Assembly: GCF_001194135.2 (NCBI RefSeq)
Contig: NC_068982.1
Coordinates: 54,855,110 to 54,913,247 of the forward strand
From: Octopus bimaculoides
Lineage: Eukaryota
Length of the DNA: 58,138 nucleotides
Direction of reading: 5' to 3'
Position numbers and translations under genes: made by a program. The notes beneath the pieces are model-generated. The model was not told the origin of the DNA, did no database searches, and saw nothing but the letters and a program-made list of their open reading frames with translations. Positions 25,423 through 39,299 of this stretch are shown here, one piece after another (position 1 is the first letter of the stretch; the number at the start of each line of letters is the position of its first letter).

Positions 25423-25944
25423 ATGGTATCTATCGCTGTATAGTTTGTTCTAACATAACATCCGCGTATAAGTGGGGATAAATATTATCTCAGAGTTGCT
25501 ATATCGAAAAATACTAAGAGTTGTGAACGAATATAACGACAGGGTAAACGAGAGGACAAAAGACGTATGTAAACACGTACGTAAGTATATAAACATAGTT
25601 TTCAACTAGCAATAAACACGCCTTGAGACGTGAAATACTGCTTGTCAGTGCTACAGGAAATAAGTAACCAAGTTCAACCTGTGGTAAGGTCAAGTCGTTG
25701 GTGATTGACTTGCCTGTTTTATTTAAATAGGGTGAATTTGGATACTTTAAATAGAGAGGTTTCAAAGTGGTGATAGATGTTTTGAAAATATTTTAAAAGT
25801 TTAATTATTTTGCAGATAAACACAGTTTTATAAAACAACTTAATTAAATACCAAAATAAAGAATACAGAAGGTCAAAGGTTAGAAAGTGAAGTGTAAAAA
25901 AAAAAAAACTTTGCAAGATCACACATTTTGAATATCATGTAAAT

Positions 25945-26296
25945 CAGTGGTTATGAACCAGGGTCCACATAGCCTCTGAGGGCCCATATATGATTTTTGG
26001 ATGTCCACACAATAAAATAGTAAATTAAGGATCTACAATAGTATTTTAAGAGCCCCTGAACAAAGTTTGTTTTAAATGTTTGTATTGGTATGTATTGCTA
26101 GAAACAGTGAGGTTTTTTTTCTGTAACATTTTACATAGTTCAACCTACACCAGTTAATATACGGAAAAACAAAATAGAAATCTTGAAAAGAAGTTTCCAT
26201 AAAACTAGGTTTTCAACAGAGAATGACTATGGGAGCCCACCAGAATGAAATAGTAATCAAAAAGGCCTATGGATAAAAAATAGTTGAGAACCCCTT
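25945..26296. mobile_element. hAT/Charlie-like MITE (degenerate)
   Basis: Ends cagtggttatgaacc ... agttgagaacccctt resemble CAGTGGTTCTCAACC TIRs; no clear 8-bp TSD. Confidence 0.4.
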
Positions 26297-26317
26297 ATTA
26301 GTAACGATTTAACAAGC

Positions 26318-26419
26318 ATGTTGTTGTTGTTGTTGCTGCTGCTGCCTCTGCGGCGGCGGCGGCAGCGGCGGCGGCGGCGGCGGCGGCGGCGGTGGTGGTG
26401 GTGGTGGTGNNNNNNNNNN

Positions 26420-26451
<32 letters not shown>

Positions 26452-26630
26452 AGTCGTCGACGACGACGTTGTAGTCCACATCATCGTAATCGTTGTCATC
26501 AAGGTCGTAGACGTCACCGCCATCGCCGTCCCGGTCATCTTCTTCGTCGTCGTCGTCGACACAACCGCAGTCGCCTTCGCACCACATCCTTCGTCATCGT
26601 CCTTGTCCCTATCGCCGCCATCGTTGTGAT
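26318..26630. repeat. Compound trinucleotide microsatellite (TTG/CTG/CGG/TGG/TCG)
   Basis: Directly visible; it generates the spurious poly-R/P/H/D/V ORFs. Confidence 0.95.
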
Positions 26631-28322
26631 CCTTCAGACATTGAAATGTGAATTTGTTGCCACATAACGCCTCCCTCACCTGAGCCTGTTCTATTTTCCA
26701 GGGCGTATATTCGAGCTTGAAAAATATATCTTCCATGTTTTGCATCGAAGAAATTATGAACTTTCACTTTCGCTGTCAGCAATCTTATGATGCTTTTTCC
26801 GCGATCTTCTTATTGATTGACTAGGTCTTTTTCTACGTTACTTCTGTGCTAAAATTAGACAAGTCTACTCTAATTTTCCTTTTACACATCGCCTGTACTT
26901 TGGCGACTGCTTTCACTCGGTGTCTTTCAACTAATTTCTTAATCCAGTTGCTAAAAATGTTGCGTGCTGGAAAAATGCATTCACCATACAGTAACCGGCT
27001 CCCATTCTATTTAGTAAACAGGCTAAATTGTTTATACAGATCACAACTTTGTGGTTTGTTCGTGTGGGCAAATAACTGTAATTGTAAACAACTTACGTCA
27101 ATTTATCGGGTGGCCTAGCGAAAACTCAGTCCAGATATGAGATTTTGGTGACTCACTGGTTTTTCATTAATGGTGAAACCAGTCGGACATTTAGAACGGA
27201 GTAGGTTTTCAGGAATTTTCACTTCATTCTATCAACTGCCAAACAATTCCGATGTGTGTATCCAAGGCGCCATTGTAGTCGTCTATTAAAGGCAATAAAC
27301 GCTACAACGATATGTTAGAAATGTCACCAAACGTCAATTGAAATCCGACTATGTAGTTATGTTGGAGTATATAGACGCTTACTTGATTGAAGGATCTACC
27401 GTCGCTCACACTAAGGACCAGCGACACACCATCCGAGTCAAGGAGAATTGTAATTACCCCTGGATACTAATCTTTCTGAAACAGCACATTCACAACAATC
27501 GATCTTGGCAAAAGGTGTCATAAACTTCCAAGTTGGCCAGAAGNNNNNNNNNNNNNNNNNNNNNNNNNNNNNNNNNNNNNNNNNNNNNNNNNNNNNNNNN
27601 NNNNNNNNNNNNNNNNNNNNNNNNNNNNNNNNNNNNNNNNNNNNNNNNNNNNNNNNNNNNNNNNNNNNNNNNNNNNNNNNNNNNNNNNNNNNNNNNNNNN
27701 NNNNNNNNNNNNNNNNNNNNNNNNNNNNNNNNNNNNNNNNNNNNNNNNNNNNNNNNNNNNNNNNNNNNNNNNNNNNNNNNNNNNNNNNNNNNNNNNNNNN
27801 NNNNNNNNNNNNNNNNNNNNNNNNNNNNNNNNNNNNNNNNNNNNNNNNNNNNNNNNNNNNNNNNNNNNNNNNNNNNNNNNNNNNNNNNNNNNNNNNNNNN
27901 NNNNNNNNNNNNNNNNNNNNNNNNNNNNNNNNNNNNNNNNNNNNNNNNNNNNNNNNNNNNNNNNNNNNNNNNNNNNNNNNNNNNNNNNNNNNNNNNNNNN
28001 NNNNNNNNNNNNNNNNNNNNNNNNNNNNNNNNNNNNNNNNNNNNNNNNNNNNNNNNNNNNNNNNNNNNNNNNNNNNNNNNNNNNNNNNNNNNNNNNNNNN
28101 NNNNNNNNNNNNNNNNNNNNNNNNNNNNNNNNNNNNNNNNNNNNNNNNNNNNNNNNNNNNNNNNNNNNNNNNNNNNNNNNNNNNNNNNNNNNNNNNNNNN
28201 NNNNNNNNNNNNNNNNNNNNNNNNNNNNNNNNNNNNNNNNNNNNNNNNNNNNNNNNNNNNNNNNNNNNNNNNNNNNNNNNNNNNNNNNNNNNNNNNNNNN
28301 NNNNNNNNNNNNNNNNNNNNNN

Positions 28323-28540
28323 GTGCGTGTGTGTGTGTGTGCGTGTGTGTGTGTGTGTGTCTATGTTTGTCCCCCAACATCGCTTGACAACCGATGGTGG
28401 TGTGTTTACGTCCCCGTAACTTAGCAGTTTGGCAGAAAAGACCGATAGAATAGGTCCTGGGGTTGATTTACTCGACTAAAAGCGGTGCTGCAGCATGGCC
28501 GCAGTCAAATGGCTGAAACAAGTAAAAGAGTAAGAGAGTA
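28323..28540 (+). mobile_element. SINE family B 3' half
   Basis: catcgcttgacaaccgatggtggtgtgtttacgtccccgtaacttagc...gaaacaagtaaaaga matches 36295-36470. Confidence 0.75.
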
Positions 28541-28921
28541 TGAACTTGAGCATATTGTAAAACTCCTCGTTCTCTTTCGGAGAACGGTGCAGTTGACAAA
28601 TTCGTTCATGCGTTGATGATGCCATTTCTTCTCTTGTTGATGTTGTAATTGTATTTGTACCAATTATTGTTGTAGATTCTTGCAAGAGCTGTTGCTGGTA
28701 GACATTTTAATTGTTCTTGCTACTGTATTTATTTATACCATAATTTTTTTTCTGCTTTAAAACGTGGTTGCGAAGTAGTAATTGTATATGTATACTATGG
28801 CACCGCTGTTATTTTTTTTTTTATGTAAATTTATATTTTTGTTTCCCGGAAGTTGGCAGTTTTATGAGTGCCAACTAGCAACCTTCGATTGTAATACAGT
28901 CACATATTCACACACATACAC

Positions 28922-28958
<37 letters not shown>

Positions 28959-29748
28959 CATACAAATACACACGCACGTATGTATGTATGTGCATGTGTG
29001 TTTGCGTGTGTGAGTATATTTGCCTAATAAAATGTCTCAGGGTGCGCGTGCGCTCTGAAACACTATATCAGATGTGTCGTATGATGTCAAGCCGTAAATG
29101 TAAATGCAACACAGCTGTTTTCCGAGTCTTAACGCCATTTTACATCCTATTGTTGTCTTAGTAAAGGGTTAATGATTATATTGACATTTCCATCGCGGGT
29201 TCTCTACTAAGGACTAGCTTAACGCTTACATTTTTTTTTTTAATCCTCTATTTCACGTCAACATTATTTGATGTAATTTTAAGTGGACGAAGCTATTTGT
29301 CAAGCACTTTAGAAATAAATCTTTTGTGCTAACCAATACTGGTGGATAATGATGATGATAAAGAGGAGGAGGAGGAAGATGATGAGGAGGAGGAGGTGGA
29401 GGAGGAGGAGGAGGNNNNNNNNNNNNNNNNNNNNNNNNNNNNNNNNNNNNNNNNNNNNNNNNNNNNNNNNNNNNNNNNNNNNNNNNNNNNNNNNNNNNNN
29501 NNNNNNNNNNNNNNNNNNNNNNNNNNNNNNNNNNNNNNNNNNNNNNNNNNNNNNNNNNNNNNNNNNNNNNNNNNNNNNNNNNNNNNNNNNNNNNNNNNNN
29601 NNNNNNNNNNNNNNNNNNNNNNNNNNNNNNNNNNNNNNNNNNNNNNNNNNNNNNNNNNNNNNNNNNNNNNNNNNNNNNNNNNNNNNNNNNNNNNNNNNNN
29701 NNNNNNNNNNNNNNNNNTGTATCGTTCAGCTTCTGCTTCCTTCTGTAC

Positions 29749-29767
29749 ACTACTACTACTACTACTG

Positions 29768-29808
<41 letters not shown>

Positions 29809-29848
29809 GCAACTACTACTACTACTACTACTAATAATAATAATAATA

Positions 29849-29885
<37 letters not shown>
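29749..29885. repeat. (CTA)n/(ATA)n microsatellite
   Basis: Directly visible. Confidence 0.95.
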
Positions 29886-29887
<2 letters not shown>

Positions 29888-30010
29888 TTGTTTTATTGGC
29901 CACAAGGGCTAATATCAATTAAAAACATATAAGGACAAAGACAGGACGAAGGTTACAAAAGGTTTTGTCCGAAAAGGTAGGAAAGTTCGTCTAAACAGAG
30001 GAAGAAAATG

Positions 30011-30056
<46 letters not shown>

Positions 30057-30104
30057 GAACTACAACGATAGCAACAGCAACAATAATAATGTCATGTTGA
30101 CTAC

Positions 30105-30750
30105 TAGAAGAGTCACAAAAACTTGGCCATGGTTTGGGTGGACTACAAGAAAACCTGTGACATGGTCCCACATTCGTGAATTATTGAGTGTCTTAAGTTA
30201 GTTAACGTCACTGGTAATATTGTGAATTTCATACACAAGACAAAATGGCCACCCGGAAGACTGAACTCACACCGCGTAGTGTGACGCTAGATGTGAATAT
30301 CAAAAGAGGAATTTTCCAAGAAGGCAGTTTATCTCCCCACATATGTGTCATCTGGATGATAACTGTATCGAGTGTTATAAGAAAGATGTGTGTAGGGTAC
30401 ACTCTAGGCAACTGAAAAAAACAAAACTTGTTAATGGATGACCAAAGGCTTTTTTCAGTAAAATAAGAGAAAAATTGATAGTTCAATATAAACAGTTCAG
30501 GCGCTTAAATAGAATGTTGAGATGGAATTCGGGATCGAAAAGTGTGGTGTAATGGTACTAAAAAGATGAAAAGTTAGTGAAAACCATGGGATCAAGCTGG
30601 AAGGCGGTGAAATCAAAAAGGCAGTTGGAGAAGAAGGGTACAAATACCTGGGTATTATTGACAGTGATAAGATTAATGAGGTCAAGATGAAAGAAGTTTT
30701 CAGAAAAATGTATCTGAAGAAGACCAGACATCTGTTACAGCCTAAACCAG
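30105..30750 (+). mobile_element. R4/Dong-like non-LTR RT remnant
   Basis: NLAMVWVDYKKTCDMVPHS*IIECL, IFQEGSLSP, EFGIEKCGV, GYKYLGIIDSD; starts after an (AAT)n tract. Confidence 0.8.
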
Positions 30751-30759
30751 GGGTTCCCA

Positions 30760-33600
30760 AAATGGGAATCTTACATAAAAATCATTATAACTCCGTTCAG
30801 GAGATCAAAACCCCAAGTGAAGGTCTCTCGCAAGGCAAGTGCCCCACAGCGCAGCATGGTGGACCTGGTCGAAATCCCAATACTACTAAAGGTTAGGAGA
30901 AATGGACTCAAAACGGCAATAGTTCTGTACTGTAATGCTATTAAAGAAGCGAGCTTACCGAAATTGGATAAAATTGCAAAAAATTTGAACAGAGAAAGAA
31001 TTGTTCCCCATCACGAAATAAACTTTCAGGTTTAAAAAAATGTAATCGTGAAAAATCAATGGCTATCCCAATTGGAACTGGAGGAGAACTCCACAATAGT
31101 GAAAGGATGTGACTATGCTGAACACGAAGAACAAAAAGTAGTAAAAAACAGGGATGTATAGAGGAACCAATAAATCCCCACAAAAGAAACACCTACCCAG
31201 ATAAAGGTAAAATTTATTTTATGGAAGGAAAGACTGTTACAAAGTAAGGAAGAAGTTTACTGCTATACCGGAAAGAGGCACAAATAGCGAAAGAAAGAGG
31301 CTACCAGTTCCGGGAGGAATCGAAAGAGCAAAACCATACAAAGCAGTGAAATGATAGAGGAACTCTTCCCGAAAATCTACATCGGAAACATAACAGATCT
31401 AAACGACCTTATATATTCCTCAACCTCTGTCGCTGTGAGATACTTGCGATAAGAAGTGAAAGAAAAACAAAGGACAAAGCCCCATGGTGGGAACGAAGGT
31501 TTGAAAATCAAACTGAACAACTCAAATGAGATCTCAAAAGCAATCATAGAGAAGAAGGGGAAGAAGGAGAGAAAACTGCAAAAGAAACAATTCAAAACAG
31601 AAAGGACTGCAAGTAGTTAAAGAACTAAAACAAAATATCAAAGCTGTATCGGTTAAAAAAAAGAACAATAAATACCAATAAAGGACAATTCATAACTAGC
31701 AGAATAGACTCTTCAAGAAAAACGAAAGAAAATTCTATAAACAAATGAACAACGAAAATGAGCATTAGGGAAAGGAGTCCAACATAATATAAAAGCAAGC
31801 TGGTTACGGGAATTTGAAAGAGGAATGGAAAATGGAGTGGCACAAGAAAAAATAGTAATCACGGATATGAAAGTAAGAGATGATCCAGAAAATACCAAAC
31901 TGGAAAGCCCCCAGACCAGATGTGTCCACGGTTTGTGGTTCAAAAACCTCCTGAGTATACACTGCTATATATGAGCATTTTTTTACTGACTGCATAGAAA
32001 ATGGAACACCAACATTGGCTGACAAAGGGAAGGACAGTGCTGACACAGAAGGACAAAGAAAAGAGAAGAGAAGTCAGGTTTCATAGTCCTATTGCTTGCT
32101 CGCCATAATTCTGGGAAGTATTAACTGGCCTTATAACAGATGAAGTATATAATTTTCTACAGTCAGAAGGGCTAAAAGAATATAGGGAAGAAATCGAGGG
32201 GAACTGCTGGTCTGAAAGATATAGAGAGACACAGCAGAATATTAAAAGAAGTACGAGTAAGGTGGAAGAATTTAGCTGCTTGATTGGTAGATTACAAGAA
32301 GGTCAACGACCGAGTCCCACACAGCTGGCTCTTGGAGTGTCTAAAGATGCTCAGAGTGAATGAAAAGATAAACAACTTTTTGGAGAAAGCGATGAGAGAG
32401 TATGAAGCAGAACTGACATGTACAAACGAATCGCTAAACAACGTGAAAAGACACTGGGGACATCTTCCAAGAAGTCTCGCTCTCTCTGTTATTCTTTGTC
32501 ATTGGACTAATCCGTCTGACAAATATACTGAGAAAATCCAGACCTGCCTATGAGTTTACCAAACCCGAGATAAGTATTAACCACTTACTCTATATGGGTG
32601 CTTCAAGATATATACAAAAAATGAGACTGACTTTGATTCTCTAATCCAAACAGCGAGAGTATTCAGTAAAGACATTGGAATGCAGTTTGGGGTAGATAAG
32701 TGCAAAGTACTTATGCGGAAAGGCCGGAAGATAAATTCTGAATTATCACAAAAGAACATCATTCGATCGCTCTGGAATAATGAAGGATATAAATAGCTAT
32801 GAATGCTACAAGACGATAGGATAATGGGAAGAGAAATGAGAAAATACCTAAAGCGAACCGGAGGAGAATTAGGAAGGTACTCGAAATAAAATTAAATGAT
32901 GGGACATCATTAAAGCTATAGATATATGGGCAATGCCAATATTAAGATACTCTGCTCCTTTTCTGAAATGGACAAAGATCGAGCTGCAGAACCTCCCCCC
33001 CCCCTCTCNNNNNNNNNNCCCTCTCTCACTCTCTCTCTCTCTCACTCTCTCTCTCTCTCTCTTTCTCTCTGCGAAGAAGGAAATGTAATAGAGGATTACT
33101 AAACGCAGATGGCATGGTTGGTACTGCGATGCTGAGGCTGGAAATTATGTTGTGCAGAGTGAATAAAGAATACTTTTGGCAGCCAGAGATGTCCAAAAAA
33201 GTGAATGAAACTGTAGGAGAATTCAAAGATAAAAGGCAGAACAACAGATTGAACAAATGTAAAGCAATGGAACTGCATGGTTAATTCATGCAACAAACTG
33301 AAACTGAAGATGTTGGATGTGAAGTCCGCTGGATTTGATTGGCAGACGGGAACTTGAAACAAAAAACAAACATTGATAATAGCCGCTCAGGGACAAACAC
33401 TTAGAAACAAATCTGTTGAAGGCAGAGATTGACAAAACTCAGTCAGACAGCAAATGTAAAATTTCCAGGAAAGGAGAAAAGAGTATCAACCACATTTTGA
33501 GTGAGTGCAGTACACTAACAGGAAAAAAAAGAGTACAAACGCAGGCATATTTGTGCAAGCGTTTACATTGAGATGTAGCACGTCAATAATGGTTAATACC
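30760..33600 (+). mobile_element. Larger decayed R4/Dong-like LINE copy
   Basis: QNRLFKKNERKFYKQMN, NWKAP...HGLWFKNL, WLTKGRTVLTQKDK, VDYKKVNDRVPHSWLLECLKML, DIGMQFGVDKCKVL and a degenerate CCHC region (SKCK...SINHILSECS...EYKRRH); many stops and frameshifts. Confidence 0.85.
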
Positions 33601-33619
33601 TTTCAATCTAATTCCTTGC

Positions 33620-33832
33620 AACCTTTGTAGACGAAAGATCTGACAACTTGAAAAGAAAAGCTTTCTCTAAATCGCAATGTTCAGCCTTTAAGGCCACAAT
33701 TACAGTATGCCTCTTCATTTCTTGAGTAAGCTGTCTGCCATTATAACTTTCTGGAACATAAATGACATAAACTTAATTTTAAAAAAGGAATAACTTAAAA
33801 ATGTCATGTTCTCAAATTGCCTACGCACCCTG
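33620..33832 (-). mobile_element. maT-like element 5' end
   Basis: TIR-like cagggtgcg (33824-33832) resembles the end at 18289; ATG at 33718 gives MKRHTVIVALKAEHCDLE. Confidence 0.55.
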
Positions 33833-34506
33833 TGTATACATGCATGCATACATACATACATACATACATACATACACACATATGTATGCATGTATTTACT
33901 GGATGTATCATATAATACGAATGATTCATGCATGCGTAGATGCACGAGGTATATATTTTCTTCGACACATGTGATGCTATATGACATCTACATCGATGAC
34001 AACATTACAAATTTACACAGAGAGCCTCCACCACACACATACACTCACTGATATTTGGCCTTCTCCGACTTCCTCTCTCCCACCTCTCTCTTTTCTCTCT
34101 TACTTCCCGTCTTCTCCTTCTTTTCCTCTCAACACAGCCCAGATCCTTTTTTTTTTCTTTTATTTTTTTCCTTTTCCGGTCATACGATTCGACTATTTGG
34201 CGTCCTTTTATACACAAACTGGCCACGTAAACAAATGTCATAAATGTAGCATCTTTCGTATTTCTGTATCTCCAACTTCTCTTCTTTGAGTATTCTTTGA
34301 AAAAGGATGTAACCCGACCCTTTTCTATCTTTGCATTTGGTGTATATATTTTCATTGTGCACATTCTTTGGTTGTTATTGTTTCATTTCATTTTTTCCCG
34401 TTTTTTCCACCACCTGTTCTATTTGTGTGAATACATATATTACTTATCTCTTCTCTCCTTACCTCATCAGCTTCTCACTTTACTTGTATGATATTTCCCT
34501 ATCTAT

Positions 34507-34539
<33 letters not shown>

Positions 34540-34540
<1 letters not shown>

Positions 34541-36019
34541 TAGCAGTATAACCCGACGTTGCCCGGGTGTGACTTATTACGCCATGTACGATAAGTCTTG
34601 CTAGGTGAAAATCAACTAAAAAAGAAAGACTTACAACGAAAAAACACTTATGATGTAAATATGTTCGTAATTCAAAAGACGATGAAATTAAAAGGGCAAG
34701 TTTTGCGTAACATTATTAATCGTACGTAAATTTCATCCGTCTAATTGGCTATACAAATGATATGTGCAAAACAACTTTTTGCACTGCCCTNNNNNNNNNN
34801 NNNNNNNNNNNNNNNNNNNNNNNNNNNNNNNNNNNNNNNNNNNNNNNNNNNNNNNNNNNNNNNNNNNNNNNNNNNNNNNNNNNNNNNNNNNNNNNNNNNN
34901 NNNNNNNNNNNNNNNNNNNNNNNNNNNNNNNNNNNNNNNNNNNNNNNNNNNNNNNNNNNNNNNNNNNNNNNNNNNNNNNNNNNNNNNNNNNNNNNNNNNN
35001 NNNNNNNNNNNNNNNNNNNNNNNNNNNNNNNNNNNNNNNNNNNNNNNNNNNNNNNNNNNNNNNNNNNNNNNNNNNNNNNNNNNNNNNNNNNNNNNNNNNN
35101 NNNNNNNNNNNNNNNNNNNNNNNNNNNNNNNNNNNNNNNNNNNNNNNNNNNNNNNNNNNNNNNNNNNNNNNNNNNNNNNNNNNNNNNNNNNNNNNNNNNN
35201 NNNNNNNNNNNNNNNNNNNNNNNNNNNNNNNNNNNNNNNNNNNNNNNNNNNNNNNNNNNNNNNNNNNNNNNNNNNNNNNNNNNNNNNNNNNNNNNNNNNN
35301 NNNNNNNNNNNNNNNNNNNNNNNNNNNNNNNNNNNNNNNNNNNNNNNNNNNNNNNNNNNNNNNNNNNNNNNNNNNNNNNNNNNNNNNNNNNNNNNNNNNN
35401 NNNNNNNNNNNNNNNNNNNNNNNCCTAACACCCTAGTGAAAGTCGTGCGGGTGTTAATCTGAAAAATTACCCACATTTGTAATGAAGTTCAGTGATTTTG
35501 CAATGTGTTGTCCTGTCGGTCAAACTGAAGCGTGAATGTTCTGAGACGTCAAGTAACACAAGGAAAATAGTGTAATAGATGCTTTTAAAAAGAAAAAAAA
35601 GGATTTTATCCCTTATATGTATACTGTTCAGTATCTATGCGTTGAATAAAATCTATCTTTCTACTTGTACTACCATACATTTCAGCGCTTGTTTGTTTAC
35701 ATACAGCGTAACTAAAAGGAAAGTTTAATCTATGACTTTGTATGCATAAGAGAAAGTAGGAGTTGAAAGAATTTGTAAAGGTCGTAGAAAGAGGAAAGTT
35801 AGGTTTTATTAGGGGGAGGAAATGTTATTTTGCGCAGTTTAATGGATTTTATTGGTAACTGTGATTGATTTTGACGGAAAAAATGACGCAGTTAACTAGG
35901 TTATGGTATTTAGAATATTAATTCCGATTGTTTCATTCAAGAAATTTGGAATTGTGTAAATGTATGAATTGTATACACACACATACACACACTCACAAAC
36001 TCAGCTATATATATATAGA
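34540..36019 (-). mobile_element. Non-autonomous Helitron with both canonical termini
   Basis: Minus strand: A|TC start at 36019; 3' hairpin cccgggcaacgtcggg, then ttatactg-CTAG|T at 34540; contains an N gap. Confidence 0.7.
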
Positions 36020-36101
36020 TATATTTATATGAAAGTCGCATGCATACATCCATTCAACAATATAATACCTACCTACCTACATACATACATACATACATAC
36101 A

Positions 36102-36135
<34 letters not shown>

Positions 36136-36136
36136 C

Positions 36137-36480
36137 AGGCGTAGCTGTCTGGTAAGAATCGCGCTTTCCAACCACATGGTTGCGTGTTCTAACCTACTGC
36201 GTGGCACCTTGGGCAAGTGTCTTCAACTATAGCTTAGGGCCAACCAAAGCCTTGTTAATGAATTTGTTTGTGTCTATCTGTCCCTCCACCCCACCATCGC
36301 TTGACAACCGATGCTGGTGTGTTTATGTCCCCGAAACTTAGCGGTTCGGCAAAAGAGACCGACAGAATAAGCGCTAGGTTTACAAGGAATAAGTCCTGGG
36401 GTCGATTTCTTCGACTAAAGGCGGTGATCCAGCATAGCCACTGTCAAATGACTGAAACAAGTAAAAGAATAAAAAATAAA
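36137..36480 (+). mobile_element. SINE family B, near full length
   Basis: tRNA-like head aggcgtagctgtctggtaag...ctgcgtggcaccttgggcaagtgtc; 3' gaaacaagtaaaagaataaa tail. Confidence 0.8.
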
Positions 36481-36532
36481 TGAATAAAAGAACATATATA
36501 TCATATATATATATATACATATATATATATAC

Positions 36533-36563
<31 letters not shown>

Positions 36564-37658
36564 CATATATATNNNNNNNNNNNNNNNNNNNNNNNNNNNN
36601 NNNNNNNNNNNNNNNNNNNNNNNNNNNNNNNNNNNNNNNNNNNNNNNNNNNNNNNNNNNNNNNNNNNNNNNNNNNNNNNNNNNNNNNNNNNNNNNNNNNN
36701 NNNNNNNNNNNNNNNNNNNNNNNNNNNNNNNNNNNNNNNNNNNNNNNNNNNNNNNNNNNNNNNNNNNNNNNNNNNNNNTATATATATATATATATACACA
36801 CACACGCACATATACATATGCACATACATACATACATACATACACGCATGCACACACTCATACTGTATGGAAGCACTATTGCAGTATGGCGGGAAACTGT
36901 AAAATATGTTGTCAACTGTGATTATAACATCTTAGATCATACGCCCACATAGAAACACCCACTCAAGCACAGATGCATAAATGCATGTATATATGCATGT
37001 ATTGAATAATGTATGTATATATATGTGTGTGGTGTATATCTCTATTAATGCATTTTTCTGAATGTACAGGAATATATACATACATATATATGCTATATAA
37101 ACACTTTATATTTATGTATATTATACATTTGTCTATGAGAGCGTGCGACTATAAGTGTCTTAGATGTAAAGGCTTGTACATATATAATTGCATTCAACAA
37201 GTTGTACTTTTCCTTCTTGTCTGCAGAATTAGCGCATCTACGCGAAGAATTTACAAATATACAGTGAAAAATGTGTTAGAGCAGCTGCTGAAGAAGACGG
37301 TTTGACAAGAAAAGGTTGAGCGAATGAGAGTAAGAGACTGAGGAGAAAGAGAGAGAGAGAAAAAAAAAAAAAAAGAAGTGGGAGAATAAAAGTGACAGAG
37401 TGAGTGAAGCAGTGATAAGTCTGTGGGTGAAAGAGGGGGGGGGGTACTGCCGTATGATAAATGTACAATTTACAGAAAACAGATGACTAAACAACTGAGT
37501 AACCGTCTGTCTAAACAATTCTGACGTAACTTACGTGTGTTTCGTATAAACACTGAGACACACACGTGCACACGCACATGCACGCATATGTAGATGTAAA
37601 AATATATGTACATATATATAGCTGCAAATATATGTGTGTGTATATATATATGTGTGTG

Positions 37659-37694
<36 letters not shown>

Positions 37695-37909
37695 TATGTG
37701 TGTGTATATATATANNNNNNNNNNNNNNNNNNNNNNNNNNNNNNNNNNNNNNNNNNNNNNNNNNNNNNNNNNNNNNNNNNNNNNNNNNNNNNNNNNNNNN
37801 NNNNNNNNNNNNNNNNNNNNNNNNNNNNNNNNNNNNNNNNNNNNNNNNNNNNNNNNNNNNNNNNNNNNNNNNNNNNNNNNTATACATATATATATATATA
37901 TTATAGATA

Positions 37910-37946
<37 letters not shown>

Positions 37947-38083
37947 TTAGATACGCGAGGTTTACATTTTTGTGCTTATTGATACAACCATATGTGCAAT
38001 ATATATAATCATGTGTGTATATATGTGTATCCACACATACATGTATGTATATGCATATATAATACATGCATACATGCATGCAC

Positions 38084-38130
<47 letters not shown>

Positions 38131-38221
38131 CATGCATGCATATCATACATACATGTATACATGCATACATACGTACATACATACATGCATACATACATAC
38201 ATACATACGTACATGCATACA

Positions 38222-38252
<31 letters not shown>

Positions 38253-38377
38253 GTGCGTGTATGTTATAAATGTTGTTGAATTCTACAAACATATGTGAAT
38301 ATGATTTGGTACACACATTCGCATACGTCATCCGTACACGTTAGAATGTCACGATGCCCTTCACTCGAGTTTAAAAG

Positions 38378-38704
<327 letters not shown>

Positions 38705-39299
38705 GACTGTTTGCTGATCCGAATCTGCCGAAAAGTATTAAGAATAGAATATGGAAACCATCTTTTCGAATATCACTGTTTCCTATACAAAAAATGACTT
38801 ATTATTGGTTGGTAGAAATCAGCACGAAACAGCAAACAATTTGGAAGTTATAAAAATATGCAAATCATTGTGTGTGTGCGTGTGTGTGTGTGTATGTGTG
38901 TGTGCATGAGTGTATGTCATTGTTCCGTTTTATTTCAAGATTTCTTGCCAGTATGTATGTATGTATGTATGTATGTATGTATGTATGTGTGCAGATTTGT
39001 ATGTTTTGAGATCTTCACTGGGACATTCCACCAGCACTCCTTTATATTCTGAGTGGCTATGGCTTCTATCATGCTGTGGGTTCTTATTTATTTGTCCTCG
39101 GGGTTATCCTTCCGACTATGTATGTAGAAATGTATATATGTATGCATGTATGTACGTATGTATGTATGTATGTGTATGTATGTGTATATATATCAGCTTG
39201 TCGACCAGACTGTAGATTGTCGTTATACATCGCTTGTCACAATGCGCTTTGCATCGCTTTAGCTTTCGAATGATGCCATTCTGCTGGTGATGCGAGCAG

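Noticed and set aside
26640-27543. Possible Gypsy pol remnant (YTDH-like and TIDL-like words)
   Set aside because: Only scattered 4-5 aa resemblances in different frames; not supportable without tBLASTn.
28476-28700. Thr/Ser-rich minus-strand ORF as a possible exon
   Set aside because: It runs into a SINE and lacks convincing splice sites.
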